Assembly: GCA_040285855.1 (NCBI GenBank)
Contig: JAUFOQ010000004.1
Span: 868,001 to 932,000, forward strand
Length of the DNA: 64,000 nucleotides
Direction of reading: 5' to 3'
From: Eukaryota sp. GEM-RC1
Taxonomy: Eukaryota
Numbering within the stretch: position 1 is the first letter of the stretch; each line of letters begins with the position of its first letter. Below are positions 38,576 through 52,343 of this stretch, one piece after another. The notes beneath the pieces were generated by a model, which worked only from the letters and a program-made list of their open reading frames with translations, was not told the DNA's origin and made no database searches. The position numbers and the translations under genes were made by a program.

Positions 38576-39161
38576 ATTCAGGTTCTTCTGGGAAGCATTA
38601 GCACATGTACTAAAGAATACAAAAGAAGAGACTCACTCCTAAAACAGACATTGGTTGAGTTTCAATGATGAAAATTCGTGAGAAAAAGGCTAACAAAGTC
38701 AAAATGTTAGAACTTACTACCACAATCATATGGAGAATGTATTTGTTATGTCAGTGCCATTGGAGTGGATGGTTACTGATAAATTACTTAATCAATATCC
38801 CTGAACAATTGAATATGGTAAACTTCTAGAGAATTACTCTTTAGAAGTGCTACACAATGAATTAAAAAAGTGGAAGGTAGAGTAGAACATCCTTTTTATA
38901 GAAACCTAGTAGATATCTCTCATCACTTAATAGATGTCCTCAGGATATCAGAGATCTTTTTCCGATTCTTAAAATGGTGTCTGGAATCATATGAATGATT
39001 GGATCTCGTCACGTCACGTCACCAAGAGAGAGAGAAACCAATGCGATTCAAGAAGTTTCATACAGGGATATAGAATCAGGGACGATGAACACTTTAGGTT
39101 TGATCTAGCCAATGTGAGTTTGTGTTCTAGCTTTAGAGGGAGAAACTGTTAGGGTTGTAAA

Positions 39162-39821
39162 ATGTTTGGTACCGTCTCCACTGTTGACGATATCGAACTG
39201 GCTCTAAATATCCTTGGTGATCCCACAAGCTGTTCTATCGTTCTTGTTTCATCTTTTGGTTGTTATGAGTATTCTGGTGTTCTTCAAGATCATCTCTTTA
39301 AAGGCCTCTGTAAACTACTCATTCGTCCTTCTGATACCGCCTACATCTCTCTTTCCCAATCTAAGTCATCGGTCTCCCTTTCTTACCACTTCCTTGTAAA
39401 TACTCTCTGGTGTAAGATCGATCTATCTCTTTCTAAAAGTACTGAATCTCCATTTTCCTCTCTCTTTTCTATGTTCAAGTCTTGTTCATCTCAACTTCTT
39501 GATGTTGAAGCAGACCTGTCCTCTAAGAATGAGCAACTCACAGCTATCCAAAGTGATGTTGTTTCCATGAAACAAACTAAGGAGAAAATCTCAAAGAAAA
39601 TGAAAGATTTTGAAGACGAAATGTATAGGAAGTTTTGTTTATTACTTAATGAGAAGAAAGAAAAAATTAAAATATTAATGAATGAAAATCAAAGACTTCA
39701 AGAGCAACAACCCTCAGAAGAAGTTCCAGAGATCAGTTTTGAAGAAGAAGAAGGTCCAGGAAAGACAAGAAGGCCAGGGCTATCTGCACTGAAAAAGGCA
39801 AGTTCATTGAAAAAACTGTGA
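39162..39821 (+). CDS. XRCC4: XRCC4-like NHEJ factor
   Basis: Beta-rich head, then a coiled coil containing EDEMYRKFCLLLNEKKEKIK (the ligase IV-binding XRCC4 motif), then a basic tail. Confidence 0.75.
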   Translation: MFGTVSTVDDIELALNILGDPTSCSIVLVSSFGCYEYSGVLQDHLFKGLCKLLIRPSDTAYISLSQSKSSVSLSYHFLVNTLWCKIDLSLSKSTESPFSSLFSMFKSCSSQLLDVEADLSSKNEQLTAIQSDVVSMKQTKEKISKKMKDFEDEMYRKFCLLLNEKKEKIKILMNENQRLQEQQPSEEVPEISFEEEEGPGKTRRPGLSALKKASSLKKL

Positions 39822-39873
39822 GATCGTAATCAGTTTTGATTGATTGATACTTACTTCTTCCAAAAGAAACCTA

Positions 39874-40636
39874 TTATTGAAGATCGTTGATTGCCTTTTT
39901 GAGGTCACCATAGTTTGTTAGGAGGTATGCTTTGTTGTTGAATGCTAGCATGATGAATTCCACAATGTTTTTGAATATTCCCTTATCAAAAGGTCTAATT
40001 GATGACGGAAGTTCTTTTAAATAGGTTATTCTATTTCTTTTGAAGAATTCCCAAGAAGTCTGATTAGAAAAGGCCAGAAATACGTGGAAAAGGAACAATC
40101 CGGCAACCATGGCTAACATGAATCCCATGAAGAAATTAAAAAATAAAAAAGACTACAAAAGCAAGAAAATTGAAAAACAAAATGGAAAACCCGAATAAAT
40201 CTGGTCCAACAAATAGTTTTGACATTGAAACAGCAAGAAATTCGGAAATAGCTAAACTTTCACAAAATAACAGAATCACAAACCAGAAATGATTCTTGCC
40301 ACCTATGCAATTTCCTAACCAAAAGCAATGATGGTCGTACCTCTCAACACAACGATGACAGTAGAGACAATGTTTGCTACGATTGGGTTGGGTAAGACTA
40401 CACTTGGGACAAGAACGAAGTGATGGAGCTTCATCATCCTGTTTGAGGGAACATGATTCAACGTCAACAGGAAGAAGAAACACTGGTGAAAAAGCAGTGA
40501 TGAGATAAAAAGCCAGGGCGAAGACTACTTTGAGGAAGAAGTAATAAGAAACAGTTTCAGATAAAACCACATAAATAAGAGAGCCTATCAAATGGAGCAG
40601 AGTAACCGTTGCAACAATAAGCAATCGAGAATTCAT
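39874..40636 (-). CDS. DHHC palmitoyl acyltransferase (frameshift in a T-run near 40135)
   Basis: CPKC..QPNRSKHC..CHRCVERYDHHCFWLGNCIGGKNH, transmembrane segments and a C-terminal NQTSWE..PFDKG motif. The likely start is MNSRLL at 40636. Confidence 0.9.
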
Positions 40637-40662
40637 CTTCAAGCAGAAAATTATGTTGAGAA

Positions 40663-41512
40663 ATGTCTTCGGAACAAAGCATTGTACATACCAAACCTTC
40701 ATCTTATACTGCCGAAGCTCTTACACGGCCAGAAGCTGATGATATTGCAACTAATACTGAACTTACTAAACGCTCTCTTGAGTCTATTGTAGCTCGTCAA
40801 GAAGGTCGTCTCTCTAAACACAAACCTGGTGACAAATACTATGTCCGCTACACTCCACAAGACGGTATTGCCAGAGCTGCTCTTCAACGTGGTGAAGAAG
40901 TTCCTGATAGAATCATTCAAATGACTGAACAACAAATAGACCCCCTTGAACCACCAAAACATCGTCTAAAACGTAACATGAAGGCTCCCCCAGGACCTCC
41001 TCCCACTATTCTTCGAGATCCTCCTAAACCTCTTACTTCTGAACAAAAGAAACTAAAAAAAGTTCCTGTTTGTATTAGCAGGTGGAAGAACAACAGAGGT
41101 CTCTTAGTCACAGCTGATCAACGGCTGGAATTAGAAGGTGATGACGCTCCTATTCAATCTAATAATAAGATGGCGGATTTCGCTTCTTCTTTGTTAGACG
41201 CTGAAAAGAGATTAAAACGTGAGGTTTCTGCCCGGTCAACAATTAGTGATTATGAACCCCCAGTCAAACTCAGCCATAACGATTACCTTGATGACGCTGA
41301 ATTTGACCCTCGCCTTGGTGTCAAGTCATCAGGAATAACTACTTCAAAGGGAAGAAGATGAAGATATCGCTATCTATGATAAGTCTCTCTTCCAAGATAA
41401 GAAGAGCTCAGGATTGTACAGACCTCGAGGTGAAGGTGTTGTTAGAAGTGGTGTAGGAGGTAGTGATGCAAAGTTCATGACTGCAGGGAAAATAGAGTTT
41501 GAAAAGGGGTGA
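40663..41512 (+). CDS. SNW1: SNW1/SKIP (Prp45) spliceosomal protein
   Basis: YVRYTP, RIIQM.E.QIDPLEPPK, PPP, VPVCISRWKN and FDPRL motifs. After a frameshift near 41348 it continues IYDKSLF..LYRP..IEFEKG to TGA at 41510-41512. Confidence 0.88.
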
Positions 41513-41989
41513 GTTTCAGCAGTTTTAGATTAATTTATTGACTTTGAGCTCTTTTTGGAGGAGTCGTCATTTATATATTGTTTGATGACGTTGAGTTTGC
41601 ATTCCTACAAATAGTTGTCCAGTATTCCAAGTTGAAAGGAAACGAATTGTTCTGAAAACAATGGATGAGATCCGTCATTATTCCCAATAAAGAGCCCTCA
41701 TAATTCCCATTAATCAATATCAGCAATGAAATGTATGAATATATTTACAGTCATTGCAAATCTTCTTCAGGCAACCAGGACCCACAATAGCATAGAAAAT
41801 GTCTTAGGATCATGCTTGTTAGTTTGCTCTGGGACAGACAAATTGGCGACATATAAAACGTTCTGGAATATTTTTGGATAATATAGTTAGTTTAGGGTCG
41901 TATTATGTGGACTCTCTCGAATTGAACACTTCTGTAAATGAACAAAACTCCATTCACTAAGTCGTTTCAATTCGACCCATATTGGTTGA

Positions 41990-42770
41990 CATCCAAAATT
42001 GATCGTTTGTCGAAAAACCAATACCAATATATATCCGCAATGTTGGTCAATATGGATGTTCAGGTATTGTATCGCAAACATTCTTTTATGACAAAGTGTA
42101 TGAGTGTTTGTCAGTTGAACATTAGTTGAACTTCTTAGCGCAGTTGAATCAACAACTCACTTAATTATAAAGACATGTCAAATCAAAAGAAGAAGTTTAT
42201 TGCTCTTTACTTCTAACTTACTCTCAACATCTTCATGACTGACAATAAAACAATCTGCATCACCTTTTTTACCCTCAACTCCACGTGTTCCGACAGTACT
42301 GAAGAGTGATAATGTGTCCGTGACAAACTGCCAATAGAAGATATCAGGATTTCACTTGGATTCCAGCCACGTCCTTAGAGGTTGAGAGACTTTTTTCCAC
42401 AGTCAAACTTACAGTTGGAATGACTCTTCATTCTTTATCCATTAGCCAATTGGGAGCTCAACTTTGGTTAAATTTCAACAGAAGACCTTGAGAGGTTGGA
42501 ATTGTCGGTAAACCTTGTGTTGTCAATTGGTCCCTGGCTAGAAGTTTGTGCTTGTTGAATAAAATAAATAAATCTTAATACATATTCTTTATTAAAAAAC
42601 GGGATTTATGATCAATCAGCGAATTAAATGCTTTTGCATGAAAACATCAACTGTATTTGACAGTTTTAACTATATTGCAATAATGACCCATATATTGGTC
42701 GATAATCAATATTAATGTGAGGGTCAAAAACCAATACCAATATATTGCAATCCAATATTACCTAGCCCTG
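41990..42770 (+). mobile_element. hAT remnant (right TIR and dimerisation-domain fragment)
   Basis: Translation WIPATSLEVERLFSTVKL near 42357. The right end CAATATTACCTAGCCCTG resembles the 9683 end. The left TIR was not found. Confidence 0.6.
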
Positions 42771-42823
42771 CGTATTACAGAGCCTTGGATGTGATGTATC
42801 TTGTGCAACCCTTCTCTCCTTCA

Positions 42824-44201
42824 ATGTCACTCACTTCCACCTCACCCAACACTCTCTCTACACTCCAGTCCAACACTCCAGTCTCCATGATCAAACCATT
42901 ATCTTTAATGGCGAGTCCTTCTCTGTCATTAAGTCAGTCCTTGCTTCCAACTCTCAGTACTTCTTCTCTCTTTGGTTTATGGAGTTTGGAGATCGCTTCG
43001 AGAACCCTTTGGACTTCTCTCATTTGCCCATATCATCCGAGTCTTTCTCTGCCTTCATCTCTTCTTTCTTTGGTCACCCCATTGACCTCTCTTCCTCCAA
43101 CGTCTATGACGTTTTCTACCTCGCCACTTACTTCCAATGCCCTCATCTTGAGACTACTCTTATGGAGATTCTCCCTTCAAAAATGACTCATTGGGACTGG
43201 TGCAGTAAGTTCTTGAAAAAGTGTGTTGAACAAGAAGACCTGAGAGGATTAAAATTTGTTGGAGATTTTCTCACAGAAATTGAAAATATTTGTCAAAAAT
43301 CTGAATTTGTCTTCTCTTTTGTTTTTCTCCAAAGTTTACTTGAATTTTGCACTTCTTCAAGTTCTTGCAAATGGTTTTTAAAGTCACTTGTGGCTTCAGT
43401 TAAATCAGAAACTATAGATTCTGAAGAATTATCTGAAATTCTGACCCTTGTTGACGTTAACCTGTTGACTTTTAAAGACTGGGATGAGCTGTTTTTAAAT
43501 CCTCTTGAGAATATTTCAAATTTGGAAGAAATTTTGATGAAGTTTCACTTTAAACAATTACGTCCGAAATTTTTTGAGTCAATAATTTCTGAAAATGTGA
43601 CGTTAAAAGAACAATTAGTTGAAGCAACTGAATTAATTAAGGAAAAAGATGAAGAAATATGTAAATTGAAGGAAATTGTTAAAAAACAAGATGAATGTGC
43701 AAAACCTGTTGAATCTTCAGTTGTGAGTTTTTTTCTAGTCTTAAACATCAAAATTTAATTATTTCAAATGGAGGCAAAACTGTTACTCACAGTGGTCCAA
43801 ATTCTACATGGAGCAATGTTCTTTCAGAAACTCCTCTTCTTACAGGAAATGTCTATAAAGTTAGGGCTAGGTATGTCAGTCATTTCTTTGATGGAATTAT
43901 GATTGGAATTATTCCTAGAAAAGAGTTTGATTGTAGTGGTTATGTTTACCAAAAGTCAAATGCTCATTGTTTCTACAGTGGTTACAATAACTTCTATAGT
44001 CCTTCAGGATCCTCTAATGGAAAATGGAACCGAAATGAAATCATTGAAATCACAATTAATCTTGTGAATAATTCAATTACTGTTACAAAAGAGTCAGACC
44101 CTGGATTTAATTGTACAAGAGAAATTAGTTCTTTAGATAATGATAACTACCATCTTGTTGCGTGTTTGTGTAATCAAAATTCTGTTCTTGAATTATTATA
44201 G
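42824..44201 (+). CDS. BTB + coiled-coil + SPRY-like protein (copy 3)
   Basis: Highly similar to copy 1. Break at a T-run near 43730. Same out-of-frame ATG (42824). Confidence 0.78.
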
Positions 44202-44760
44202 ATTTATCTGCTAATAAACTTTATTCAATTCCCGGTGTTATTTCACATATAATTTCAAGGTCCGGATAGGGTTGAAATTATAGGAACCTGACTGTATATT
44301 AACTGCCTAGACAGCTTTAATCAACAGAGGATAATTTATACGTTCTAAAAGACGACGAACAAGTGTATTTTCCAATGGGGCAGGCTTTTCCACTTTCAGA
44401 TGTATTCACACTGATCTCCAAACTATGAGTATCTATATCAAGAAACAAAATGAATGAGCTATTCAAAGGTCCATGTGAAAAGCGACTCTACAGTGTCAAC
44501 AGAAACAGACAATTTCACCATTCAGAGAGTTTGAGTCATCCTGAATCAACAAAATGTATTTCAATTTAGAATACCAACGACATTTAGTGATTGATTTAGT
44601 CCCTGGAGAATTTGTTCCAGAAACGTGGAATGTTATACATGGAGTTGTTAATAAAAAATACACAAAATTCATTGACTTTGAAAGACATTAATATACAAAT
44701 TATTCAAAAAATAAACTACAAAAATATTTCAAATGTGAAACATTTAAATCACTTCAACAT

Positions 44761-47700
44761 TCATGATTCTTCATCTTTGTTTTTCTTTTCACCGTCAGTA
44801 TTGCTTTCATCTTCTGGACGTTCAATCGTAACTTCATCTGTAGTTGTCTTTACTTCAAGATCTTCTTGATTTTGAGTATTGACATCTTCAGTAGTTACTT
44901 TGGTTTCAGTGTCAAGATTTACTGGTATTTGTTCTTCAACTTCTTCTGGAGTACTCTTTACTTGAAGATCTTCCTCTTTTTCAGTCTTAACTTCATTGAT
45001 TTCTGGACTTTCAACTTTCACTTCAGAGTCACTATCATGAACTTCATTTTTCACAACTTCACCTTCGTGATCATCCTTCGTTTCAATACAATCACTTTCA
45101 CTCTTGATCTCCTTGTCGTCATCGCTGACGTCATCCAGTCTCCACTGACGTCATCACCACCAGTACTGACGTCAACATCACTATCACTTGAATCATCACT
45201 CGACTCTCCCATCGACTCTTCTTCCACTTCCTTGTCACTATCCTCAAGGTCTTCAACAGCAGTAGAAGGGACAATCTTTGACTCATGTTCAATTACTTCA
45301 ACACTAACCAAAGAAAACTTCGGACGATCATTGTAAACAGACTCGTCAATAGTTAAAGTATCAGGGAACTTTGGAATTACCGGTCTTAGAGAAGTAGGTG
45401 GATTCCAATACTCATTACCATCAATAACAAATACTATAATAAAAGGCATTTGACTGGGATCCGACCGCTGACCTTCATACTTCATCAAACGTGGGACAAC
45501 GACAGTCTCTGTGTAAACTTCCATATCAGTCGACATTCCCTTTGACTTTTTCTGAAATAACGTAACTTTAAAAGTATTTGGAGGATCATTTCTAAATCTC
45601 TTTAAAAACTTATCAATAGGTAAATGTTTAAAAACTGCTCCAGAAGACACGGGGACTGTTTCAGAAGTGTAAAACAATTGATCGTTCCAAGTCAAAGTGA
45701 AGTACAACGGAGTTCCGCTCTCATTGTTGACTTTACTCTGATCAATTCGGTTAAAATGAATAGCTTTGATATGCGAAACCTTCTTCAAAGCCATTAAAGC
45801 CTTGGTTCCTTCCAGTGAAAGAGCTAGTTGTAGTATAGAATTAGGATTCTTAGGACCCCACCTATCAATCTCAGCCATGAACACGTTTACTTTCGTGAGA
45901 ATTCTCATGAGATCAGAACAATGAGAGTCAAAAGCCAAGATAGTATCTTGTAGGGACAAATAAGCTTCCTTTAACCTCTTGATAAATCTCTCATTCTGTT
46001 TCTGTCTCTCCAACAACTCGTCTCTTTCATTTGCTACTATTGTGGTCTGACCTTGAGATCTATTGACAGCGTCATAGATTTGAGATTGGACAATGGCATA
46101 GGTTTCTTCTCTTTCGGCAATCAGCTCAGAAATGCGATCTTCCAGTGATTGTTGTTCCTGTTTAATCATGTCTCTGACGATTGATTTTGACCTTGATTGA
46201 AGATTGATTGCGGCCAGTTGCAGTTTCTGAGCAGCCTCAACAGTTTTCTGCTCTAATTGAGCCATTTCATTATCTTTTTCAACTAACTGTGACTTCAATC
46301 CTTCAATTACTCTGTTAAAATCAGAAACTTTCTTCAAATAGTCTGACTTTAGAGTATGAACAGACTCTTCTGAGAGAGTTGTCATTTCTGAAATTGATTC
46401 TACTACTGATTTCTGAAGAATAGACTTGAGATCAGTTTCTCTTTTTAGGAAATCTTGCTTTTGTTCTTCAAGTGAGTGCTCTAATTCAGCTATTTGGGAT
46501 GCTAGGTGGTGTTTTTCATCAGTAAGAGAACTAATTTCGGAAGTTTTGGCTTCGACAGTTCGTTCAAGATTAGAGTTCTCCTTTTGGTACATGGCAATCT
46601 CTGCTTTGAGCTCCTCCATTGAATCAGTGAGCTCATTGATCACGTCATCTTTTGATCTAGCTGCTTGGTCAGCTCTTCTATTTGATTGTGGAAGTCAACT
46701 CGCAGCGACCTTACAACATCATTTTGTTCAAACAACATTCTTTCCAACTCCGCATACTTCTCGTTAATAACCAAATTCTTAGACTTGTCATCTCGAATTC
46801 TCCTCTGTAGATGTTGAATGACTTCATCTTTTCATGCAGCTTCTTGTTTAACATAGCCATTTCCAAGGAGAGACTCTCTGTATGGATGGAATCTGAAGAT
46901 ACGCTTTGTAGCATGGAATTAAGTTGGTTAATCTTTTGGTCTTGCAGTTTAACATGATTTTGAGATTCAGAAATTTTTCGGTCTTTTTTTAACATTTCAA
47001 GATTTAAGGAATTCACTTTCCCCTTGAGTAACGTGACCTCTTCGATCAATTCCTGATTTTGACCTTGATTGACTTGCTGAACTTCATCAGCTCCCCTGAC
47101 TCTCAATTCGCAAATCATCCAGAAAGGGTAAATCAACCTTCATTTGATTGGCCTGGTATACACAAAACATTACACACAACAATGCAAACGCTGAACAACT
47201 CTTTTCCCATCAGAATCGACTAATGCAAAGAACACGTGTTTTCGAAGAATCGCACAACAATCACGTAGAACTGATCGGGAAAGGAAATCTCCCAGTGCCT
47301 GCATCAGAATAGTCCTCCATTCTGAAGAGGGAACGTGGATGGAGGATAAGAGAATGAGGGTCTGTTCAATAGACATTGAAGGATCAATGAGGTAAGGATG
47401 GTTGATGGAGGAGTGGCGTCGTTGATCAAGTTGAAGGCAGAGAGAGTGGCGTAGTTCAATAAAGTAGTTGAAGTGTTCGATAGGGATGGATTCAGAGAGA
47501 AAAGCTGAGAAGAGCCCTACTTCGGGATGAGCAGGTACGAAGCGTTTGATAGAGGAGATTAGTTCTCGACCAGAACGAGCGAGTGGAAGAGGAGAGGACT
47601 TGGAAAGGACAGCTTTGCAGAGGTCAGGAACTGATGAAGAGGCAGAATCGAAGGACGAAGGGGAAGTGTCCATGGTTTTCAGGCGAGTATCGTAGACATT

Positions 47701-47847
47701 CTGGATGAAATTGAGAAGCCATTTGAGAGGTTTTGGAGTGGCTGCAGAAGCATGTGGAGGAAGAGAAGATGAAAAGGCGGATGTTGGAGCATTAGACTTG
47801 AGGATATAGCTGCAATAGTCATGGTCTCTTAGTGCATCAACAGACAT
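44761..47847 (-). CDS. Large coiled-coil protein with a possible C2-like domain and acidic tail (several frameshifts)
   Basis: Collinear ORFs 47170-47847, 46711-47136, 45051-46643 and 44761-45054. Long heptad region, then a beta-rich segment YFTLTWNDQLFYTSETV..FKVTLF. Confidence 0.6.
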
Positions 47848-50800
47848 TGAGTGAGTCTATGGACAAACGACAAAATTTGTTCAACAGAGGCTCGCTCAAC
47901 ACATCCACCAACCATGAAGATGGATCCACTCTAATTGTCCTCTCTTTCTCTCTAGCTTCTTTCTACTGGTTCTTGATATCTAGCGGTCTATTTTCGGAAT
48001 TCGTAGGTCATTGTTGTCTTTTCACGCTTCCTCGTTCTGTTCCAACTTCTTTCTCGAGTGGTAGAGGTGTTACCAAGACCTTCAACGTTTCTGTCTCTTT
48101 GCTCACAATTATGGACTCTTAGGGGATCAGGTCTTGCTCGATCATCACATTCTCCTTAAAGATCATCAATTTCAGAGTCACTTGAAGACTACGATGACGA
48201 CTTCCCTCAGCGTGTGACTATTCTCAGCTTAGGGAATTCCCGTCCTTTCAACTGAGCTGTATATCACCACTTCCATTTGAAAGGACTATTTCTTTGCTAT
48301 TTGTCCTTGATCTTAGCTATGTTCTTATCTCACTTTCTTTCAAGGAAGTGAGATAAGAACAGTTCTTTCACCTAACTAATTGCTACCCTCGTCTAAATCT
48401 ATACATAACCTTGAATCGTATATCAATCAGTGATTTGGTTAAACATCTTATTTTATAATTTACTAAGGATTGTTTTCTTTGTTTTCATATTTGATCGTCG
48501 AACAACTTCCAAAATTGTGTTTGAAATTTATTACGTAAGAATTCTGTTTTTTTCATGTTTTCAAAGTACCTCTTCAAAGTAACATTTGGTATTTTTTTTC
48601 GCTTTTCTTTTCACTTCAATGTCAGATGTAATATCTGTTATTTGAAAAGCAACCTACAAATTCACTCTGGTTACCAATTGTGTCAATCAAAAACACAAAT
48701 ATTTAAATATCACAAACTACCGTTTACAAGTGCTTCAATGAAAATATTGCATACCTTGGTCAACAACAAAGATTTGATTTAAAGATCAATCAACGACAAT
48801 TCAAGCAAAGTGTGGAATTGAAATCAAAATTGGTTGATGCAAAGTGAGTAGACAAACCATGTAACAAAGGTAGAACAAAGGAACGCCTCGAGAAAATATG
48901 TTCTCTTGGCACATCCTTAAACATGTGATCGTGTTTGGTTGATGAAAGAAGAAGGAGAGAGATCTCAGGACACAAGTATCCATAGACATCTCTCCAAGCA
49001 ATTGGACTCAAATATAAATTCACACTATTTATAGATGTTGTCTACAGTGACATCTTGACGTACTGAAACTGACAACATTTGTAACAACCAAAATTAATAG
49101 TACAACATTTGTTACAACAACATTTGGTGATACAACATTTGTTGAAAACTATAAGATATACATGATTTACGAAAGATGTTGAAAATGAGCACAATGACAT
49201 ATCTTTATAACAAATTACAGGAACACACTGCAAGACTCCAATATTTAAGTACTCTGTGTCGTGGTAAACGATGGGGATACCAACGTTCCTTGCAAAGTGT
49301 CTCTTCATTAGTCGAACGTCAAAACTGTATGTGTTGGGGTTTCTAGGATCCTGAGTATAGTTGGGGGGTGTACGAGACAATACCATGATAAAAACAATGT
49401 ATTAGAAAAGCAAAGGATAATTTCACACAATAATATCTAACATATGTGTGATTTTCATCGATGAGAATTAGAATGCAGGTGTTAGCAACTCTAGTGAAAC
49501 GACGTAGATAATCGTCCCACCGTTCCCAGTTGGACCTGAACTTCCTGTTCATTGACCAGTCATGGTACAGTTGGCGGTCAAGACTTCTCCTTGGCGAGGG
49601 GATTCGGCCTGGGTATTCAGAATGATACGTTCCCAGATGTACCAATTATTTAAAAATGTCGGCATGGTTCCATCATTCTTCCAGGAGGTAAGAATCATTG
49701 GGTCAACATGCAGCTGTATTGAATCATGTACTCCGCAAGTTCATTTAGCTCAGGGGTAAATGTGTAACGCCGGAACTGTTGATTTATGGATATATCCTGG
49801 CAAGGTTGTCGGTTGTGTTGTAGATTTGAGCTATCATCATCGACGTTCATTACCTGTGCTGTCTCTTCAAAACACAAGAAATCCCGTACAGTCTGTATTG
49901 CAAGAACTATGAGTACGACTACCAGATTCATGGTTAACATAACCATTTTCTAGAGCTGTCAATATTCTTGTCTTCGTGATGTTAGAACAATCTACTCTTT
50001 TTGAAATACTATACGATATTGATCCTCCATTGTCTTTCAACTTTGATGATTGACCATTTCTTCGAAAAACTCACTTTGCAGTAGTGATTACAGTCAGTGG
50101 AGTTATTGAACCTCCAGAATCATTGTCAGCGGTTAGCATGATCTTCAGCCAATCAAACTGATCTTCTGACAACAACAGTAACCTTCCTTCGTCCACTCTT
50201 TCAGACAACAACGGCTCCTGAACTCCTTCTTAATTTCTTGATCCAGCAGCTTCCGCCTGTTTACATTCGACTTCTTGAGATCCTTAAAGCTCGGCAGGCG
50301 CTAAGTATGACCATCAGCTTGGCTACTTCGATTTGTTTTTCTAACGTCAGTGTTGCATATATGTTGGATTCTCTCTTCAGGTAACAACTATGTCAAGAAG
50401 GGCTAGCAATTTAAGAAACGCTCCAGGTGTCCAGCAGTCGAGATCAGAAGAAGAAGAAGATGTAAAGATAGATGTAGCTCGGAAACCCAGACAAGGCTTC
50501 TGACCGACTATTTCGTAAGAAGCAGCTTTTGAACTGTGGTTGATGTTGAGAATGATACTGATATTCCACAAGAAGTACCAGCTGCATCAGGAAGTGATGC
50601 TAGGGACATATTAACTCATATCCATGTTCAATCTGTTTTGATTCATTCATCAAGACTTATCTGTGTCAATAGTGTTTAGAGACATGTTTGTAGATTATAA
50701 TCAATACACCGTGATCAATCACTTATCGTTTTGTATACGTGGCAGGTACTTCACATTGGAAGACAATCATAAAATAAACAATTTTCAGGAATCTTTGATT

Positions 50801-51639
50801 ATTCCATTCTCTAACAGTCGTCACAGGCTAATTACAATCGGTCTAGCACACGTTTAACCCAATCTTGCACTCAATCTAATAGCTAACATACATCACTCCT
50901 TTTCAATTTAGGAAAACGATGGGATATATTTATATTTTAAATTATTAAAGCAAGTTCATTAGATCCCAATTTTTCTTCAACCCAACATCTGTACAAATAC
51001 GATAGTGTGATTATGTAACATGTTGGGAACCATCAGAATTCAAATGTTCTATATATATATATTAAATTGTTCTCTCGAATTTTATATACGTAGCGTTAAA
51101 CCATCCGTTTAGTCGTGTTTTTGTTGAGTAAAGACAAGACTCATTTTTGAGATTGGGTGATACAATAGTTATAGTTTTCTACACTTTAATTTGTTCCAAA
51201 TTGGAGAAACTTTTTGATAATGAGCGTTCATGTTTCAGAGATTGTAGAAGGGCTTCTGGGATTCTATATTTTAGTCAATTATCGTACAAACAAAACAAAG
51301 GACTGATCTTGGGTATTGACATCTCCAGATGGCGAGCACTTCCATTCCTGAAAAAGCAATTCATTCATTGCAAATTCCAAAACCATACCGACATTTCAAA
51401 CAATAAAACACGCTTTATGTAATAATTCCACAAAAGTATCTTATTTTCATATAGCAAGTGTTACACAACAAATACACAATCTGCCGTCTCATCAAGGAAA
51501 CTCGACATGAACAATGATGTGAACACAAATTTCAACATAATGCATAGCCTCCAAGTTGTTGTTATGACCTGTTTGATTAAAAACCTGTCGACGTACAGAG
51601 AACATTTGCACCTAACTTTGGGTCCCAAATGAGTTCGTT

Positions 51640-51927
51640 CAGTCTAGTTCTTCGTCGTTTACTGTTGAAGAAACCGTTTGGAGTATTGGGTGTTGGTTGA
51701 AGCCAGTTACTATATCTATTCCTGTTATCCTTGCTTCAGAGTACAACCATAATGAAGCAATGTGTAAAAAGTATCATCGCTTGTTGAACGAAGTTGTTGT
51801 GAAGTTCGGATCACTTACTTGTACTAGTTGTGGTCGTGTTTATCCCATCAAGGAAACCATTTGTAGTTTCATCAATTTTACGGAACCCGAACCTGAAGTT
51901 CTGGCTGAAGATATGGAGTTTAGCTAG
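51640..51927 (+). pseudogene. Partial duplicate of TRM112 (3' half)
   Basis: From 51771 it is identical to TRM112 33189-33345. The upstream part is diverged and has no proper start. Confidence 0.8.
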
Positions 51928-52343
51928 CTTATGATCACGTGATAATGATTAACTTTAGTTCTGGTGTTGTTATTTTATTAGTTTTTCTATTTAACTTTGA
52001 TTACTTTGGTTTGATGAAACCTCTCACTAGATTAATATAAAATTCAAGTTCAATGTAATTACAGTCTATAATCATATTAGAGTCCCTTTTTTTGCAATAA
52101 AAAAATTGAAATAACTTAATTAAGAGTCACATAATTTATTTAAATGAACTCTTGCACAACAATAATTTTACGTGGTAAAATTAAAAGGAAGAATTACTTC
52201 TATTAATATCGGTTATCATAAAAGAAAATCAGTACACCTAAACATTTGCTGTACAAACATAATTCTTCAATTAAAAAGACCTTGACCTTAATCAAAAGAG
52301 TTATGAGAAGAAATAGTAGACAAAAGTTTAATAAAAAACAAAT

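Noticed and set aside
44230..44296. Solo Tigger-like end with a small hairpin
   Set aside because: No partner TIR was found, so the element cannot be delimited.
12540..47847. Alternative genetic code or Euplotes-like programmed frameshifting to explain split ORFs
   Set aside because: Intact genes end at TAA, TAG and TGA normally. The breaks are frame changes at varied homopolymers without a common motif.
48321..48360. 15-bp stem hairpin GTTCTTATCTCACTT/AAGTGAGATAAGAAC as a terminator or ncRNA
   Set aside because: Eukaryotic context, single occurrence and no supporting features. It may be a small foldback relic.
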